A stretch of 64,000 bases of DNA from Thermoplasmata archaeon (GCA_052325545.1 JBKQUP010000037.1:48459-112458), one strand, 5' to 3'. Shown: positions 34,981 to 43,965, numbered from the stretch's first letter. Program-made: numbers and translations. The notes: a model not told the origin generated them from the sequence alone.

Positions 34981-35817
34981 ATGGAACGGCTCGTTCTACC
35001 GATGGAACTTCCTCCCGCTCCGCCGCCGGCGCCTCCGACGGCGACCCCGGCCGCGGACGGGCTGCTGCCACCGGCGGTGGTCCTGGAACGGTGCGAGTCC
35101 GGCATCGAGGGGCTCGACAGCATCCTGGAAGGGGGGATCCCGCGCGGGAACATGGTCCTCGTGGCCGGGAGCGTCGGCACGGGGAAGACGACCCTCTGCC
35201 TCGAGTTCCTGGTCCGCGGGGCGGAACGGGGAGAGCGGTCGCTCTTCCTGTCGGTCACCGAAGCCTCCCGGAAGCTGATGCAGAACCTCTCCACCTTCGA
35301 GTTCTTCCATAAGGACCTCGTGGAGAAGGGCTCGCTCGTCTTCGTCGACCTCCCGAAGGCCTACGACCGCCTGGGACTGGGTCGGGAGGAGCTCACCAGC
35401 GAGGAGATCGGGATCGTGCTCCGAACGATCCGGGACCTCGTCCAGTCGCTGGGCATCCGTCGTCTCGTCCTGGATAGTCTGACGTCGGTGTGCTACCGGA
35501 TCCGTCGGGAAGAGCAGATCCGGGACTTCATGCTCCGCCTCGGACAGGAGCTCAACGAAGCGGGCTGCACCTCGCTCCTCGTCTCGGAGATCGGCCCGAC
35601 CCCGGGCCGCTACTCGCTCCACGGCGTGGAGGAGGCGATCGTGGATGGGGTCATCCTGCTCTCGAACTCCCATCGGATGGGCGACATCCTCCGGGTCCTC
35701 CAGGTCATCAAGATGCGCGGGACCTCGCACTCCCACGCCCAGTTCGTCATCCAGCTCACCCCGATCGGGATGCTGATGGCCCCGCACTTAAAGGGCGGGC
35801 GGGAAGGAGGCGCCTAG
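34981..35817 (+). CDS. KaiC/RadA-like single-domain ATPase (motifs intact)
   Basis: IEGLDSILEGGIPRGNMVLVAGSVGTGKTTLCLEF, catalytic-Glu context LFLSVTEAS, Walker B RRLVLDSLTS. Starts 2 nt after the upstream stop. Confidence 0.8.
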   Translation: MERLVLPMELPPAPPPAPPTATPAADGLLPPAVVLERCESGIEGLDSILEGGIPRGNMVLVAGSVGTGKTTLCLEFLVRGAERGERSLFLSVTEASRKLMQNLSTFEFFHKDLVEKGSLVFVDLPKAYDRLGLGREELTSEEIGIVLRTIRDLVQSLGIRRLVLDSLTSVCYRIRREEQIRDFMLRLGQELNEAGCTSLLVSEIGPTPGRYSLHGVEEAIVDGVILLSNSHRMGDILRVLQVIKMRGTSHSHAQFVIQLTPIGMLMAPHLKGGREGGA

Positions 35818-35820
35818 ACC

Positions 35821-36408
35821 GTGGCCCCAGAGGTCGACCTCGGGGAGCGGCTCCGGGGATTGCCAAGCGGCAGCGCGGTGGCCCTGAAGCTCGACCCACG
35901 CGAGTACGCCGACCACTACTTCGCGGTCCTCAACGCGACCCTTAGGGACGTCGGGAGCGAGACGGACGCCCACACGATCTACCTCACCGTCACGAACCCG
36001 GCCGCGTTCGTCTGGACGCTCGCCCAGGCGCTGGACGTCCCGCCGGACCGGATCTCGTTCGTCGATGCGATAAGTCACATCATGATGAACTACGCCAACC
36101 CGCTCCCGAACGCCACCTACGTGGAGAGCCCCCGGGCGCTCGAGGAGATCATGCTCCGGATCGAGTACCTGCTCCGGAAGTTCCCTCATCCCCGAGAGAT
36201 CGTCGTAATCGACAGCGTGAACTCCCTCGCGATCCACAATCAGCCCGAGCTCCTGTCCGAGTTCTTCCACATCCTGTTGAACAATCTGAAGTCCCGCCAG
36301 GTGCTCACGCTCGTGCTCGAGACCTCCGAGGAGGAGACCACGGGGATCGAGCAGATGCTGAACCTCGTGGTCGACGAGACGATCGACGTCGGACGGGTGG
36401 GGCACTAG
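35821..36408 (+). CDS. KaiC/RecA-like paralog lacking a Walker A motif (predicted inactive)
   Basis: Retains the fold-like spacing and Walker-B-like IVVIDSVNSL. The P-loop position reads LKLDPREYADHYF and the Glu position reads TVTNPA. GTG start 3 nt after the upstream stop. Confidence 0.5.
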   Translation: MAPEVDLGERLRGLPSGSAVALKLDPREYADHYFAVLNATLRDVGSETDAHTIYLTVTNPAAFVWTLAQALDVPPDRISFVDAISHIMMNYANPLPNATYVESPRALEEIMLRIEYLLRKFPHPREIVVIDSVNSLAIHNQPELLSEFFHILLNNLKSRQVLTLVLETSEEETTGIEQMLNLVVDETIDVGRVGH

Positions 36409-36410
36409 TC

Positions 36411-37175
36411 ATGGCCGACCCGGACCGGATCTTCGGGATCCCCGAGATCGACCAACCGACGTGGACGGCCCTGCCCCCGGGCTGGCTCTCCATCCTATCG
36501 GGGACCTCGGGCTCCGGGGCCCCGCTTCTGGCGAAGCAGTTCGCCCACGCGGGGGCGGGGCCGGTTCCCGTCCTCTTCTACACGACCTACGAGCGCACGG
36601 AGGACGTCAAGAAGGCGTTCGACGACTTCGGGTGGGACCCGGGCGAGATCCGGATCGTCAACCTGGCCGACGAGTACTTCGAGCGCGTGCTCGTCCGGGG
36701 GCTCGAGATCGCGAAGGCGCGCGAGGGCGGGATCACGCTGGGCGAGCTCGTCGATGTCCGGCCGCAGGACCGGGCCCTGACCCCCTTCAGCCTCACGAAT
36801 CGGATGCTCTCCGACCTGGCGAACATCGATTCCCCCTTCCGGCTGGTCGTCGATTCGGTCGATTTCTTCCTCGAGGTGATGGAGCCCCACGAGCTGACGA
36901 CGGTCGCCCGGCAGATCCGCCACCGGTGCCAGACGATCGGGGGCCATGCTCTCCTCACGGCCCACTCGATCGCCCACGAGCGCGCGGTCTACGGGCTCCT
37001 CCAGGACCTCGCGGACCTCGTCTTCGACCTGTCGGCCGAGCCGCGCGGTGACCACTTCGAGCACACGCTCTCCGTCCAGAAGGTGGCGAACCGACCCGAC
37101 CTCACGCACATCTGGAACGCGGAGCTCGGCGAGACCGGCTGGCACGTCAACGAGCGCGCGGCCGCGCCACGATAG
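36411..37175 (+). CDS. KaiC/RecA-like paralog with a degenerate Walker A (GTSGSGAP, no Lys-Ser/Thr)
   Basis: IFGIPEIDQ...LPPGWLSILSGTSGSGAPLLAKQF mimics the KaiC N-terminus. Walker-B-like RLVVDSVDFF. ATG 2 nt after the upstream stop. Confidence 0.55.
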   Translation: MADPDRIFGIPEIDQPTWTALPPGWLSILSGTSGSGAPLLAKQFAHAGAGPVPVLFYTTYERTEDVKKAFDDFGWDPGEIRIVNLADEYFERVLVRGLEIAKAREGGITLGELVDVRPQDRALTPFSLTNRMLSDLANIDSPFRLVVDSVDFFLEVMEPHELTTVARQIRHRCQTIGGHALLTAHSIAHERAVYGLLQDLADLVFDLSAEPRGDHFEHTLSVQKVANRPDLTHIWNAELGETGWHVNERAAAPR

Positions 37176-37243
37176 CGGCCTACCGAGCGGTAAGCTAACC
37201 TTTATCGCCCTACCCCGGCTCCTTTGGGGGAGGTCGAAAACCC

Positions 37244-38029
37244 GTGGAGGACGTCGTCATCCGTACGCTCGAAAAGGTGCAGCTTCGCGACCCGATCCTC
37301 ATCGAGGGCCTTCCCGGGGTCGGGAACGTCGGGAAGCTGGCCGCGGACTACCTCCGCGAGCAGCTCCCCGCGAAGCCGCTCGCCACGATCTACTCGAAGT
37401 TCTTCCCGCCGCAGGTCTACGTCAGCGAGGAGGGGATCATCCGCCTCGTCTCGAACGACCTCCACTACTGGCAGGGCCCGCCGACCGCGACCCGGGACAT
37501 CCTCGTGCTCGGCGGGGACTACCAAGGGATCTCTCCCGAGGGCCAGTACGAGATCACCCAGCGGGTCCTCGACTACTGCCACGGCCTCGGCGTCCGCGAG
37601 GTCTTCACGCTCGCCGGGTTCGCCCAGGGCCGGGTCGTGGACGACCCGCGTGTCCTCGGCGCCGCCAGCAACGCCGAGCACGTCGAGGCGATGAAGAAGT
37701 TCGGCGTCGTCTTCTCGCGGAACGACCCCGGGGGCGGGCTCATCGGGGCGAGCGGGCTCTTCCTCGGCCTGGGGCGTCTCTTCGGCATGGAGGGGGTATG
37801 CCTCATGGGCGAGACGAGCGGGTACTTCGTCGACCCCCGCAGCGCGGAGGCGGTCCTCAAGGTCCTCGCCAAGATCCTGAACGTCACGATCGACTTCACT
37901 GCGCTCGAAGCCAAGGCGCACGAGATCGACCGGATCGCGCAGAAGATCCACGAAGCCGAGGCCCGGTCGGTCGAAGGGCCGCCGTCGGCCGGACCGGCGC
38001 CCCGGGACGACCTCGGGTACATCGGCTAA
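37244..38029 (+). CDS. PAC2-family (proteasome assembly chaperone-like) protein
   Basis: PILIEGLPGVGNVGKLAADYL ... FPPQV ... LTLAGF matches the archaeal PAC2 pattern. GTG start with GGGGAGG upstream. Confidence 0.7.
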   Translation: MEDVVIRTLEKVQLRDPILIEGLPGVGNVGKLAADYLREQLPAKPLATIYSKFFPPQVYVSEEGIIRLVSNDLHYWQGPPTATRDILVLGGDYQGISPEGQYEITQRVLDYCHGLGVREVFTLAGFAQGRVVDDPRVLGAASNAEHVEAMKKFGVVFSRNDPGGGLIGASGLFLGLGRLFGMEGVCLMGETSGYFVDPRSAEAVLKVLAKILNVTIDFTALEAKAHEIDRIAQKIHEAEARSVEGPPSAGPAPRDDLGYIG

Positions 38030-38044
38030 GCAAGTCCCCGGTCG

Positions 38045-39193
38045 ATGTCCGAACCGGCCGAGCGAACGCCGTCGGCGGAGGACGCTTCCCGTCGCGAGCG
38101 GGTCCGGGACCTCCTACGGCGGGCCGCGGACCCGGACGGGTTCGTCCCGTTCGACCGGTTCATGGAGGTCGCCCTCTACGGCGAGGGAGTGGGGTTCTAC
38201 ACCCGCGAATCTTCGCCGTTCGGGCCGGAAGGAGATTACTACACGGCGGCCCATACGAGCCCGCTCTTCGGGCGCGCGATCGCGCAGCGCGTGCGGTCGG
38301 TCGTCTCGGCGACCCCTCCCGGCGCTCCGTTCCGCGTGCTCGAGCTCGGGCCGGGGGACGGGACCCTCGGGGAGAGCGTGCTCCGCGGCCTCGCCGGGGA
38401 ACCCGCGGTGCGGGACCGGGTGGAGTACGTGCTCGTCGACCGTTCCCCCACGCTCTCCGTGAGGGCGTACGAACGGGTCTCGGCGGCGGGGCAATCGGTG
38501 GGGATCCCGGTGAAGGCGGCCGGGGGCGTCGGTGCGGACGGGCCGTTCACCGGGGTGGTGCTGGCGAACGAGGTGCTGGACGCGCAGCCGGCCCGTCGCC
38601 TTCTCTGGGACGGCGAGTGCTGGGAGGACATTGGGGTCCGGCTCACGGACGACGGCTTTGTACCGGCCACCGCTCCTCGCGACCGGCCCGTGCCGGCCCC
38701 CGAGCTCCCTCGGGCCCCCGCGTTCGGCACCGTGGCCGAGGTCTCTCCCATGGCCGAGGCGCTCGTCCGAGAGGTCGCGGACCACCTCGTCGCCGGTCTC
38801 TTCCTCGTGCTCGACTACGGAATGGAGGAGTCCGAGCTCGTCGTCGCCCACCCCTCGGGGACCCTCGCGGCCGTGCGACGTCACCGCTACGTCAGCGACC
38901 CGTTCGAGGAGCCGGGGACGTGTGACCTGTCGGTCTTCGTCAACTTCACCCGCGTGCGCGCCGTCGCTGCCTCGGCCGGCCTGCGGGAACTGTCGTTCCG
39001 ACGCCAAGCGGAGGCGCTGGGCGAGTGGGGATTCCCGCGGTTGCTCGAGGAGGCGATCCGCTCCGCGCCCTCGACCGAGGCCGAGGTCCGCATCCGCCTG
39101 GCGGCGAAGAACCTCCTCTTCGGGTTCGAACGGTTCCACGCGCTCGAGCTGGCCCCGCCGGAACGCGCCGGCCGCTCCCCGGCCGCTACGTGA
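38045..39193 (+). CDS. MidA/NDUFAF7-like (DUF185) SAM-dependent methyltransferase
   Basis: FDRFMEVALYGEGVGFYT, LELGPGDGTL, VVLANEVLDAQP and SVFVNFT follow the DUF185 pattern. Confidence 0.65.
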   Translation: MSEPAERTPSAEDASRRERVRDLLRRAADPDGFVPFDRFMEVALYGEGVGFYTRESSPFGPEGDYYTAAHTSPLFGRAIAQRVRSVVSATPPGAPFRVLELGPGDGTLGESVLRGLAGEPAVRDRVEYVLVDRSPTLSVRAYERVSAAGQSVGIPVKAAGGVGADGPFTGVVLANEVLDAQPARRLLWDGECWEDIGVRLTDDGFVPATAPRDRPVPAPELPRAPAFGTVAEVSPMAEALVREVADHLVAGLFLVLDYGMEESELVVAHPSGTLAAVRRHRYVSDPFEEPGTCDLSVFVNFTRVRAVAASAGLRELSFRRQAEALGEWGFPRLLEEAIRSAPSTEAEVRIRLAAKNLLFGFERFHALELAPPERAGRSPAAT

Positions 39194-39857
39194 CCGGCCG
39201 GTTCGGCGAGCTTTCGAGGATCTCCACGACCTTCGCCTCGACGAGCAGCCGGGCGGTCTCGGGAGGCAGGGTGAGAACGTCGTCGGTCTTCAGGTTCACC
39301 GTTTCGGAACCGACCTCGACCGGTCGCGAGTCCTTGAGCACCCGTACGTAGACGACCGGGGGACGCATCCGAAGGGCGGACGTCGCGACGGCGCTGCGAA
39401 CGGGAAGAGCCGGGGCGGGAGGTGCCGCCGGGCCCTCGGCCGGGCGGGCGGCCGAAGGCGGGGCGAGGCCGGGCGTGGGTTCGATGTAGGCGGCCTCCGA
39501 GCGGCGATGTTCGAGGAGGACGGAGAGGACCTGGTCGAACATCCCGCGTTCCTCGGGAAGGGTGTTCACGAGGTCCCGGCTTCCACCGATGCTCGCCTGG
39601 AACGCCGCGTTGAGGACCTTCTGGGCCCGACCTTCGACGATGTCCCGAGCGACCTGGATCGCGCGCTGATAGGTCTGCCGAGAGATGTCCCCCTTCCGGC
39701 CGGAGGGGTTCTCCCGGAGCTCGGATTCGTACGACCGGCGGAGGTCGACGAGGTAGGCCGAGGTCGCGGCGTAGAACTCGGGGGGGAGCTTCGCGAGGCC
39801 GCGAACGGCGAGCTCGTTGCGACGCCATTCGAGCAGTTGGGTGAAGTGGTCGGGCAT
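39186..39857 (-). CDS. GINS subunit (Gins51-like)
   Basis: N-terminal LLEWRRNELAVRGLAKLPPEFY ... RAQKVLNAA (A-domain pattern). C-terminal VYVRVLKDSRPVEVG ... DDVLTLPPETARLLVEAKVVEIL (B-domain pattern). Confidence 0.6.
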   Translation of the reverse strand: MPDHFTQLLEWRRNELAVRGLAKLPPEFYAATSAYLVDLRRSYESELRENPSGRKGDISRQTYQRAIQVARDIVEGRAQKVLNAAFQASIGGSRDLVNTLPEERGMFDQVLSVLLEHRRSEAAYIEPTPGLAPPSAARPAEGPAAPPAPALPVRSAVATSALRMRPPVVYVRVLKDSRPVEVGSETVNLKTDDVLTLPPETARLLVEAKVVEILESSPNRPVT

Positions 39858-39959
39858 CGACTCTCGCGGGACGGGCGGACACCCGAAGGACTATACGAGA
39901 TGTGCGGTCTCGCTCGGATCTCCGCCCGCTGCTCGGTCGGTGGGGAGGGGCGCGGTTCG

Positions 39960-40430
39960 ATGGGCGTGGTTCGGGACCCGGCCGCGCTGTTCGACGAGTT
40001 CTGGGACCTTTGGGTCCGGATCCAGAGCGACAGCCGGGTTCCCGGCACGGTGGTGGTCGTGGAGGGGGAGCGCGACCGGCGGGCGCTACGCCGGCTCGGC
40101 CTCAACGGACCGATCGTACTGGTCCATCGGGGGCGGACGATCTCCGAGACGGCCCAGCATCTGGCCGCGACCGCGCGCCACGTGATCATCCTCACCGATT
40201 GGGACACCGAGGGCGGACATCTCGCACAGCGGCTCAAGGAGTTCCTCGGGGTCGGCCGTTCCGGGCCGGACCTCGAGCACCGGCGGCGGCTCGCTCGGGT
40301 CCTTCGGGGCGAGCTCGCCCACGTCGAGGGGCTCTACGGATGGGCCCATCGGACGGCCGAAAAGGGCCATCGGTCCCTGGGCCAGCTGCTCGAGCTCGCC
40401 GAGGCGGACGCCGAGCGTCCTACGGGATGA
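39960..40430 (+). CDS. Small Toprim-domain protein
   Basis: VVVVEGERDRRALRRLG ... VIILTDWDTEGGHL carries the Toprim E and DxD motifs. It is the C-terminal part of spurious track ORF 38532..40430. ATG at 39960 with a GGGGAGGGG-like sequence upstream (alternative 39900). Confidence 0.6.
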   Translation: MGVVRDPAALFDEFWDLWVRIQSDSRVPGTVVVVEGERDRRALRRLGLNGPIVLVHRGRTISETAQHLAATARHVIILTDWDTEGGHLAQRLKEFLGVGRSGPDLEHRRRLARVLRGELAHVEGLYGWAHRTAEKGHRSLGQLLELAEADAERPTG

Positions 40431-41034
40431 CCTTCGACTGGGTCCGTCGGATCGGGCGACGGTTGCGGGACCGCGAGGGGCGGAACCGCTCCGCGCCCTT
40501 CCCCTTCCAGCGGAGGCCGCGGCCTTCGGTCCCGGCGCTCGTGAGGCCGCGATAGACCCGGCCCTTGTGGACAGGGTTCGCGATCCAGGCGATCTTGGGG
40601 TCCGCGAGGATCTCGGGATGGGACGGGTCCACCAAGATGACCTCGAAGAACTTCTGCTTCCCGTCCTCGCCCACCCAGTAGGAGTTGAGGACCTCGAGAT
40701 TGGGGTAATGCTTCTGCGCCCGCTCCTCGGCGATTCGACGCAGGCTCTTCGCGAGCGTCATCCGGAGGATCCCCTTGTGCTTCGGGCGCCGACCGGCGAT
40801 GATCGCGCGCTTGCGTTGCCCGCCCCGGCGGACCCGGACGCGGACGAGCACGTACCCTCCCTTCGCCCGGAACCCAACGGCCCGGGCCCGGTCGAGGCGC
40901 GTCGGATGCTCGATGCGGGTGACCGTGCCCTCCCGCCTCCAGTGGAGGAGACGCTCGTGCCGGAGCGCGGCTCCCTCCTCCCCGAGGGTCTGCTGGAACG
41001 ACTGGGCCATGTGCCGGTAGGCAGAGCTCGCCAT
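40420..41034 (-). CDS. rpl15e: 50S ribosomal protein L15e (eL15)
   Basis: AYRHMAQSF ... GYVLVRVRVRRGG ... NSYWVGEDGKQKFFEVILVDP. ATG at 41034 preferred. Confidence 0.9.
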   Translation of the reverse strand: MASSAYRHMAQSFQQTLGEEGAALRHERLLHWRREGTVTRIEHPTRLDRARAVGFRAKGGYVLVRVRVRRGGQRKRAIIAGRRPKHKGILRMTLAKSLRRIAEERAQKHYPNLEVLNSYWVGEDGKQKFFEVILVDPSHPEILADPKIAWIANPVHKGRVYRGLTSAGTEGRGLRWKGKGAERFRPSRSRNRRPIRRTQSKVIP

Positions 41035-41092
41035 GGGACGCGGCGCGGGGGACCCGGGCCTCAATTATAAAGCTGCCGCCGTGGAAAGGTGC

Positions 41093-41509
41093 TCAGGCGC
41101 CGCCGTTCTTCGCTACGGTCACCCAGGGGAGACGGGACTCCGCCGGCCGGAGCACTTTCGCGGTGGCGTGGCTCTCGGTCGCGATCGCCCGTTCGAGGTG
41201 GGTCACGATCTCCCGCACGAGTCGGTCCATCCGCGGTCGCTCTTCGGCGGGGACCTCGGTGGGCCGCTCCCACACGAGGGCGGCCCCGCCGCTCGTGGGG
41301 TAGAACCGGAACTCGAGAGCGGAGGCCGCCGGGGGGACCGCGGGGTTCATCTTTTCGAGACGGCCCTTGACCCGGCTCTCGCTGGGCTCGGAGGTCTCCG
41401 ACCGCTCGACCGTATAGCCGATGGTGCCGAGGAAATCGGCGAGGTACGTCGCGAACCGCTCGCGACCGATCCCGCGGACCCTCAGCCAGTCGCCGTTACC
41501 TTCTCCCAT
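41093..41509 (-). CDS. Hypothetical protein (138 aa)
   Basis: ORF between the SPOUT methyltransferase and L15e, overlapping the upstream stop by 14 nt. No motif recognised. Confidence 0.4.
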   Translation of the reverse strand: MGEGNGDWLRVRGIGRERFATYLADFLGTIGYTVERSETSEPSESRVKGRLEKMNPAVPPAASALEFRFYPTSGGAALVWERPTEVPAEERPRMDRLVREIVTHLERAIATESHATAKVLRPAESRLPWVTVAKNGGA

Positions 41510-42239
41510 GCCCCTTGCGGTCCAACGCGCGCCCGTAGCTCTTGAAGAGCCCGAGCATCATCCGCAGCTCCGCCTCGGACGGCGTCGCGCGACCGAGTAC
41601 GCGACGGAACAGGAGGATTAAACCCCGTCGTTTGTGCGCCGGGTAGCCCGTACGCGCCAGCAACTCGCCGAGCCGCTCGAGGAACAGCTCCTTCTCGGGC
41701 CCGTTCAGCTCGATCACCTCGGGGGCCGGAGTCGTCTCGGGGTCGCTCGGTCCGCGCGCCCGGTGGACCGCGTACAGGACGATCGCCGCCGCGTGGGAGA
41801 GATTGAGCGTCGGAAAATCCCGACGCGCGGGAATGTGGACGATAAGGTCGCAGCGCAGTAGCTCCTCTCGGGAGAGGCCGTTGTCCTCGGGCCCGAAGAC
41901 GATCGCCACGTGCCCTTCCAGGGTTCGGACCATCTCCCCGAGGCGCTCGGGACTGACGGAGCGGCGCAGGTAGGCGTTCGAGCGACCGGTGGAAAGGTCG
42001 GTCGTGCCGATCACGAAGTCCGCGTCCCCGACGCCCTCATCGAACGTCTTTACTCGGGCCGCGGTACGCAGGAGAGGAAGGCCCGCCATCGCCCGTCGGC
42101 GCGCGACCGTACCGACCTTGGCCCGGGAGGCGACCAGCACCAAGCGGTCGGCGCCGAAGTTCCGCGCGAGGCGCGCGACCGCGCCCACATTGCCATCCTC
42201 CTTCGGTCGCACGAGGACGACGTCGATCTGCCGCGTCAA
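41496..42239 (-). CDS. SPOUT (TrmH/TrmJ-like) RNA 2'-O-methyltransferase
   Basis: VVLVRPKEDGNVGAVARLARNFG, AIVFGPEDNGLS and LNLSHAAAIVLY are the three SpoU motifs. Confidence 0.75.
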   Translation of the reverse strand: MTRQIDVVLVRPKEDGNVGAVARLARNFGADRLVLVASRAKVGTVARRRAMAGLPLLRTAARVKTFDEGVGDADFVIGTTDLSTGRSNAYLRRSVSPERLGEMVRTLEGHVAIVFGPEDNGLSREELLRCDLIVHIPARRDFPTLNLSHAAAIVLYAVHRARGPSDPETTPAPEVIELNGPEKELFLERLGELLARTGYPAHKRRGLILLFRRVLGRATPSEAELRMMLGLFKSYGRALDRKGHGRR

Positions 42240-43300
42240 CTGGCCGCTCCGTCGGTGAACAGGCGGCGCAGCATCCAGTCGGGGTCGAACGGCACGAGGT
42301 CCGCGTACCCCTGACCCGTCCCGACGAAGAGGATCGGCTTCTTCGTCACGTAGGTCGCGCTCAGCGCCGCGCCCCCCTTCGCATCGGCATCGAGCTTCGT
42401 GAGAACCAACCCGTCGATCCCGACGGCGATGTCGAACAGCTTCGCCTGTTCGATGACGTCGTTCCCGCTGAGGGCGTCCCCCACGAAGAGGGTGAGCGAC
42501 GGAGCGACCACCCGACGGATCTTCTTCGCTTCCTCGATCAGGTTCTCGTTGGTGTGCTGGCGTCCCGCGGTGTCCACGAGCACGACATCCACTCCCCTCG
42601 CCCGTGCGTGCTCAACCGCGTCGTACGCGACCGCGGCAGGGTCACTGCCTTCCTGTTGGCGGACCACCCGGACCCCGATCCGCTCGCCGTGGACGAGCAA
42701 CTGTTCGATCGCTCCGGCGCGGAACGTGTCGCCGGCGGCGATCACGCTCGAAAGCCCTTGACTGCGGAGCCACCCCGCGAGCTTCGCGACGGTGGTGGTC
42801 TTGCCGGTCCCGTTCACTCCGACGAACATGATCACGTACGGCTTCGGCGTGCGCTCCCGGACCGCCTTCGCGAGGTCGATGGGGGGCCGAGCGAGGATCG
42901 CCCGGCAGGACCTTTCGAGGCAGGCGCGGATCGCATCCTCCGCGTCGACCCCGAAGCGCAACTTCTTCCCGGCGAGCTCCTTGCGAAGGTCCCGTCGCAG
43001 CCGCTCGATGACGGGGACCGCGACGTCCGACTCGAGGAGGACGATCTCGAGGTCGTCGAGCACATCGTCGATCGTTCCTTCTTTCAGGCGACGACCGAGG
43101 AATCCGTCCGTGAATATCGTCGACTCGTTCCCTCCGGGGGAGGGAGCGGGGCCGACCGAGGGGGGCGTCGGCGCGGGGGCCGAAGGAACCGCCGTTGCGG
43201 GGGTACCGGAACCGGGCGCCGCGGTCGCGCGAGGGGGTTCGGGAGGCGGAGGGGACGCTTCTTCGGAGCGTCTCAGCCGTGCCTTAATCGCTGCCCACAT
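42236..43300 (-). CDS. ftsY: Signal recognition particle receptor FtsY
   Basis: FVGVNGTGKTTTVAKLA, DTAGRQH, LTKLDADAKGG. Sits in the conserved LX-PfdA-FtsY context. Confidence 0.9.
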   Translation of the reverse strand: MWAAIKARLRRSEEASPPPPEPPRATAAPGSGTPATAVPSAPAPTPPSVGPAPSPGGNESTIFTDGFLGRRLKEGTIDDVLDDLEIVLLESDVAVPVIERLRRDLRKELAGKKLRFGVDAEDAIRACLERSCRAILARPPIDLAKAVRERTPKPYVIMFVGVNGTGKTTTVAKLAGWLRSQGLSSVIAAGDTFRAGAIEQLLVHGERIGVRVVRQQEGSDPAAVAYDAVEHARARGVDVVLVDTAGRQHTNENLIEEAKKIRRVVAPSLTLFVGDALSGNDVIEQAKLFDIAVGIDGLVLTKLDADAKGGAALSATYVTKKPILFVGTGQGYADLVPFDPDWMLRRLFTDGAAS

Positions 43301-43742
43301 CGGTCGGCGCGCCGCTCTCCCGAGCGATCGAGTCGAGTCGGCTGGAGAGAGACTGGATCCGTTCGTCGAGGGAGGTCATCTGCCCTTCGAGCTCCCGGAG
43401 CGCCTGTTCGATGCGGACGGTCCGTTCCGCGAGGAGCTCAACGACCTTCGGCCGCTCCATCTCGGCGACGACCCCGGAACCCACCCCGACGAGCACCGGT
43501 GCGGTTTGGTCCACTGACCCCCGCACGAACGTTTCGCCCCCGAGGGGCAAGAGGAACTCGGCGGTGGGGGGCGCGCGGTCGACCCCTTCGAGGCCCTCGC
43601 GGGCGCGGACGTGGTCCTGACGGGAAGCGCTCAGGATCTCATGCTGCTGGAGGAGGGAGCTGAGCTGGTTTCGGTACGCATCGAGGCGCAGGAGGTCCTC
43701 TTGGACCTGCTGCTCGGTCACCCGGGGGGGGCTCGCGCTCAT
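43284..43742 (-). CDS. pfdA: Prefoldin alpha subunit
   Basis: Coiled-coil ends flanking LLPLGGETFVRGSV ... VLVGVGSGVVAEM. 152 aa. Confidence 0.75.
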   Translation of the reverse strand: MSASPPRVTEQQVQEDLLRLDAYRNQLSSLLQQHEILSASRQDHVRAREGLEGVDRAPPTAEFLLPLGGETFVRGSVDQTAPVLVGVGSGVVAEMERPKVVELLAERTVRIEQALRELEGQMTSLDERIQSLSSRLDSIARESGAPTDVGSD

Positions 43743-43927
43743 GCCGCCGCGACCTCAGCGACCGAGTTGATCCGAATGTAGGAGCGCTTCACGTGATGGC
43801 AGCCTCCGATCTCCGAGAGCGTCCACTCCCGCGCCACATCAGCGGAGAGGGCCTCATGGGTCTTCGTGAACGACTGCCAGTAGCCGCGGCGGGCGTAGAA
43901 CGACCCCTGGACCTTGAACTCGGGCAT
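43739..43927 (-). CDS. rplX: 50S ribosomal protein LX (L18Ae/eL20)
   Basis: MPEFKVQGSFYARRGYWQSFTKTHEALSADVAREWTLSEIGGCHHVKR. 62 aa, ATGA overlap with pfdA. Confidence 0.75.
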   Translation of the reverse strand: MPEFKVQGSFYARRGYWQSFTKTHEALSADVAREWTLSEIGGCHHVKRSYIRINSVAEVAAA

Positions 43928-43965
43928 TGAATGCTCCGGTACGCGGCGGCGCCACCCGGGAGGGC

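Noticed and set aside
36946-38925. 659-aa plus-strand ORF rich in R, G and P
   Set aside because: It is out of frame with the KaiC-like, PAC2 and MidA-like genes, which have recognisable motifs. The low-complexity Arg/Gly/Pro translation is characteristic of a wrong frame in high-GC DNA.
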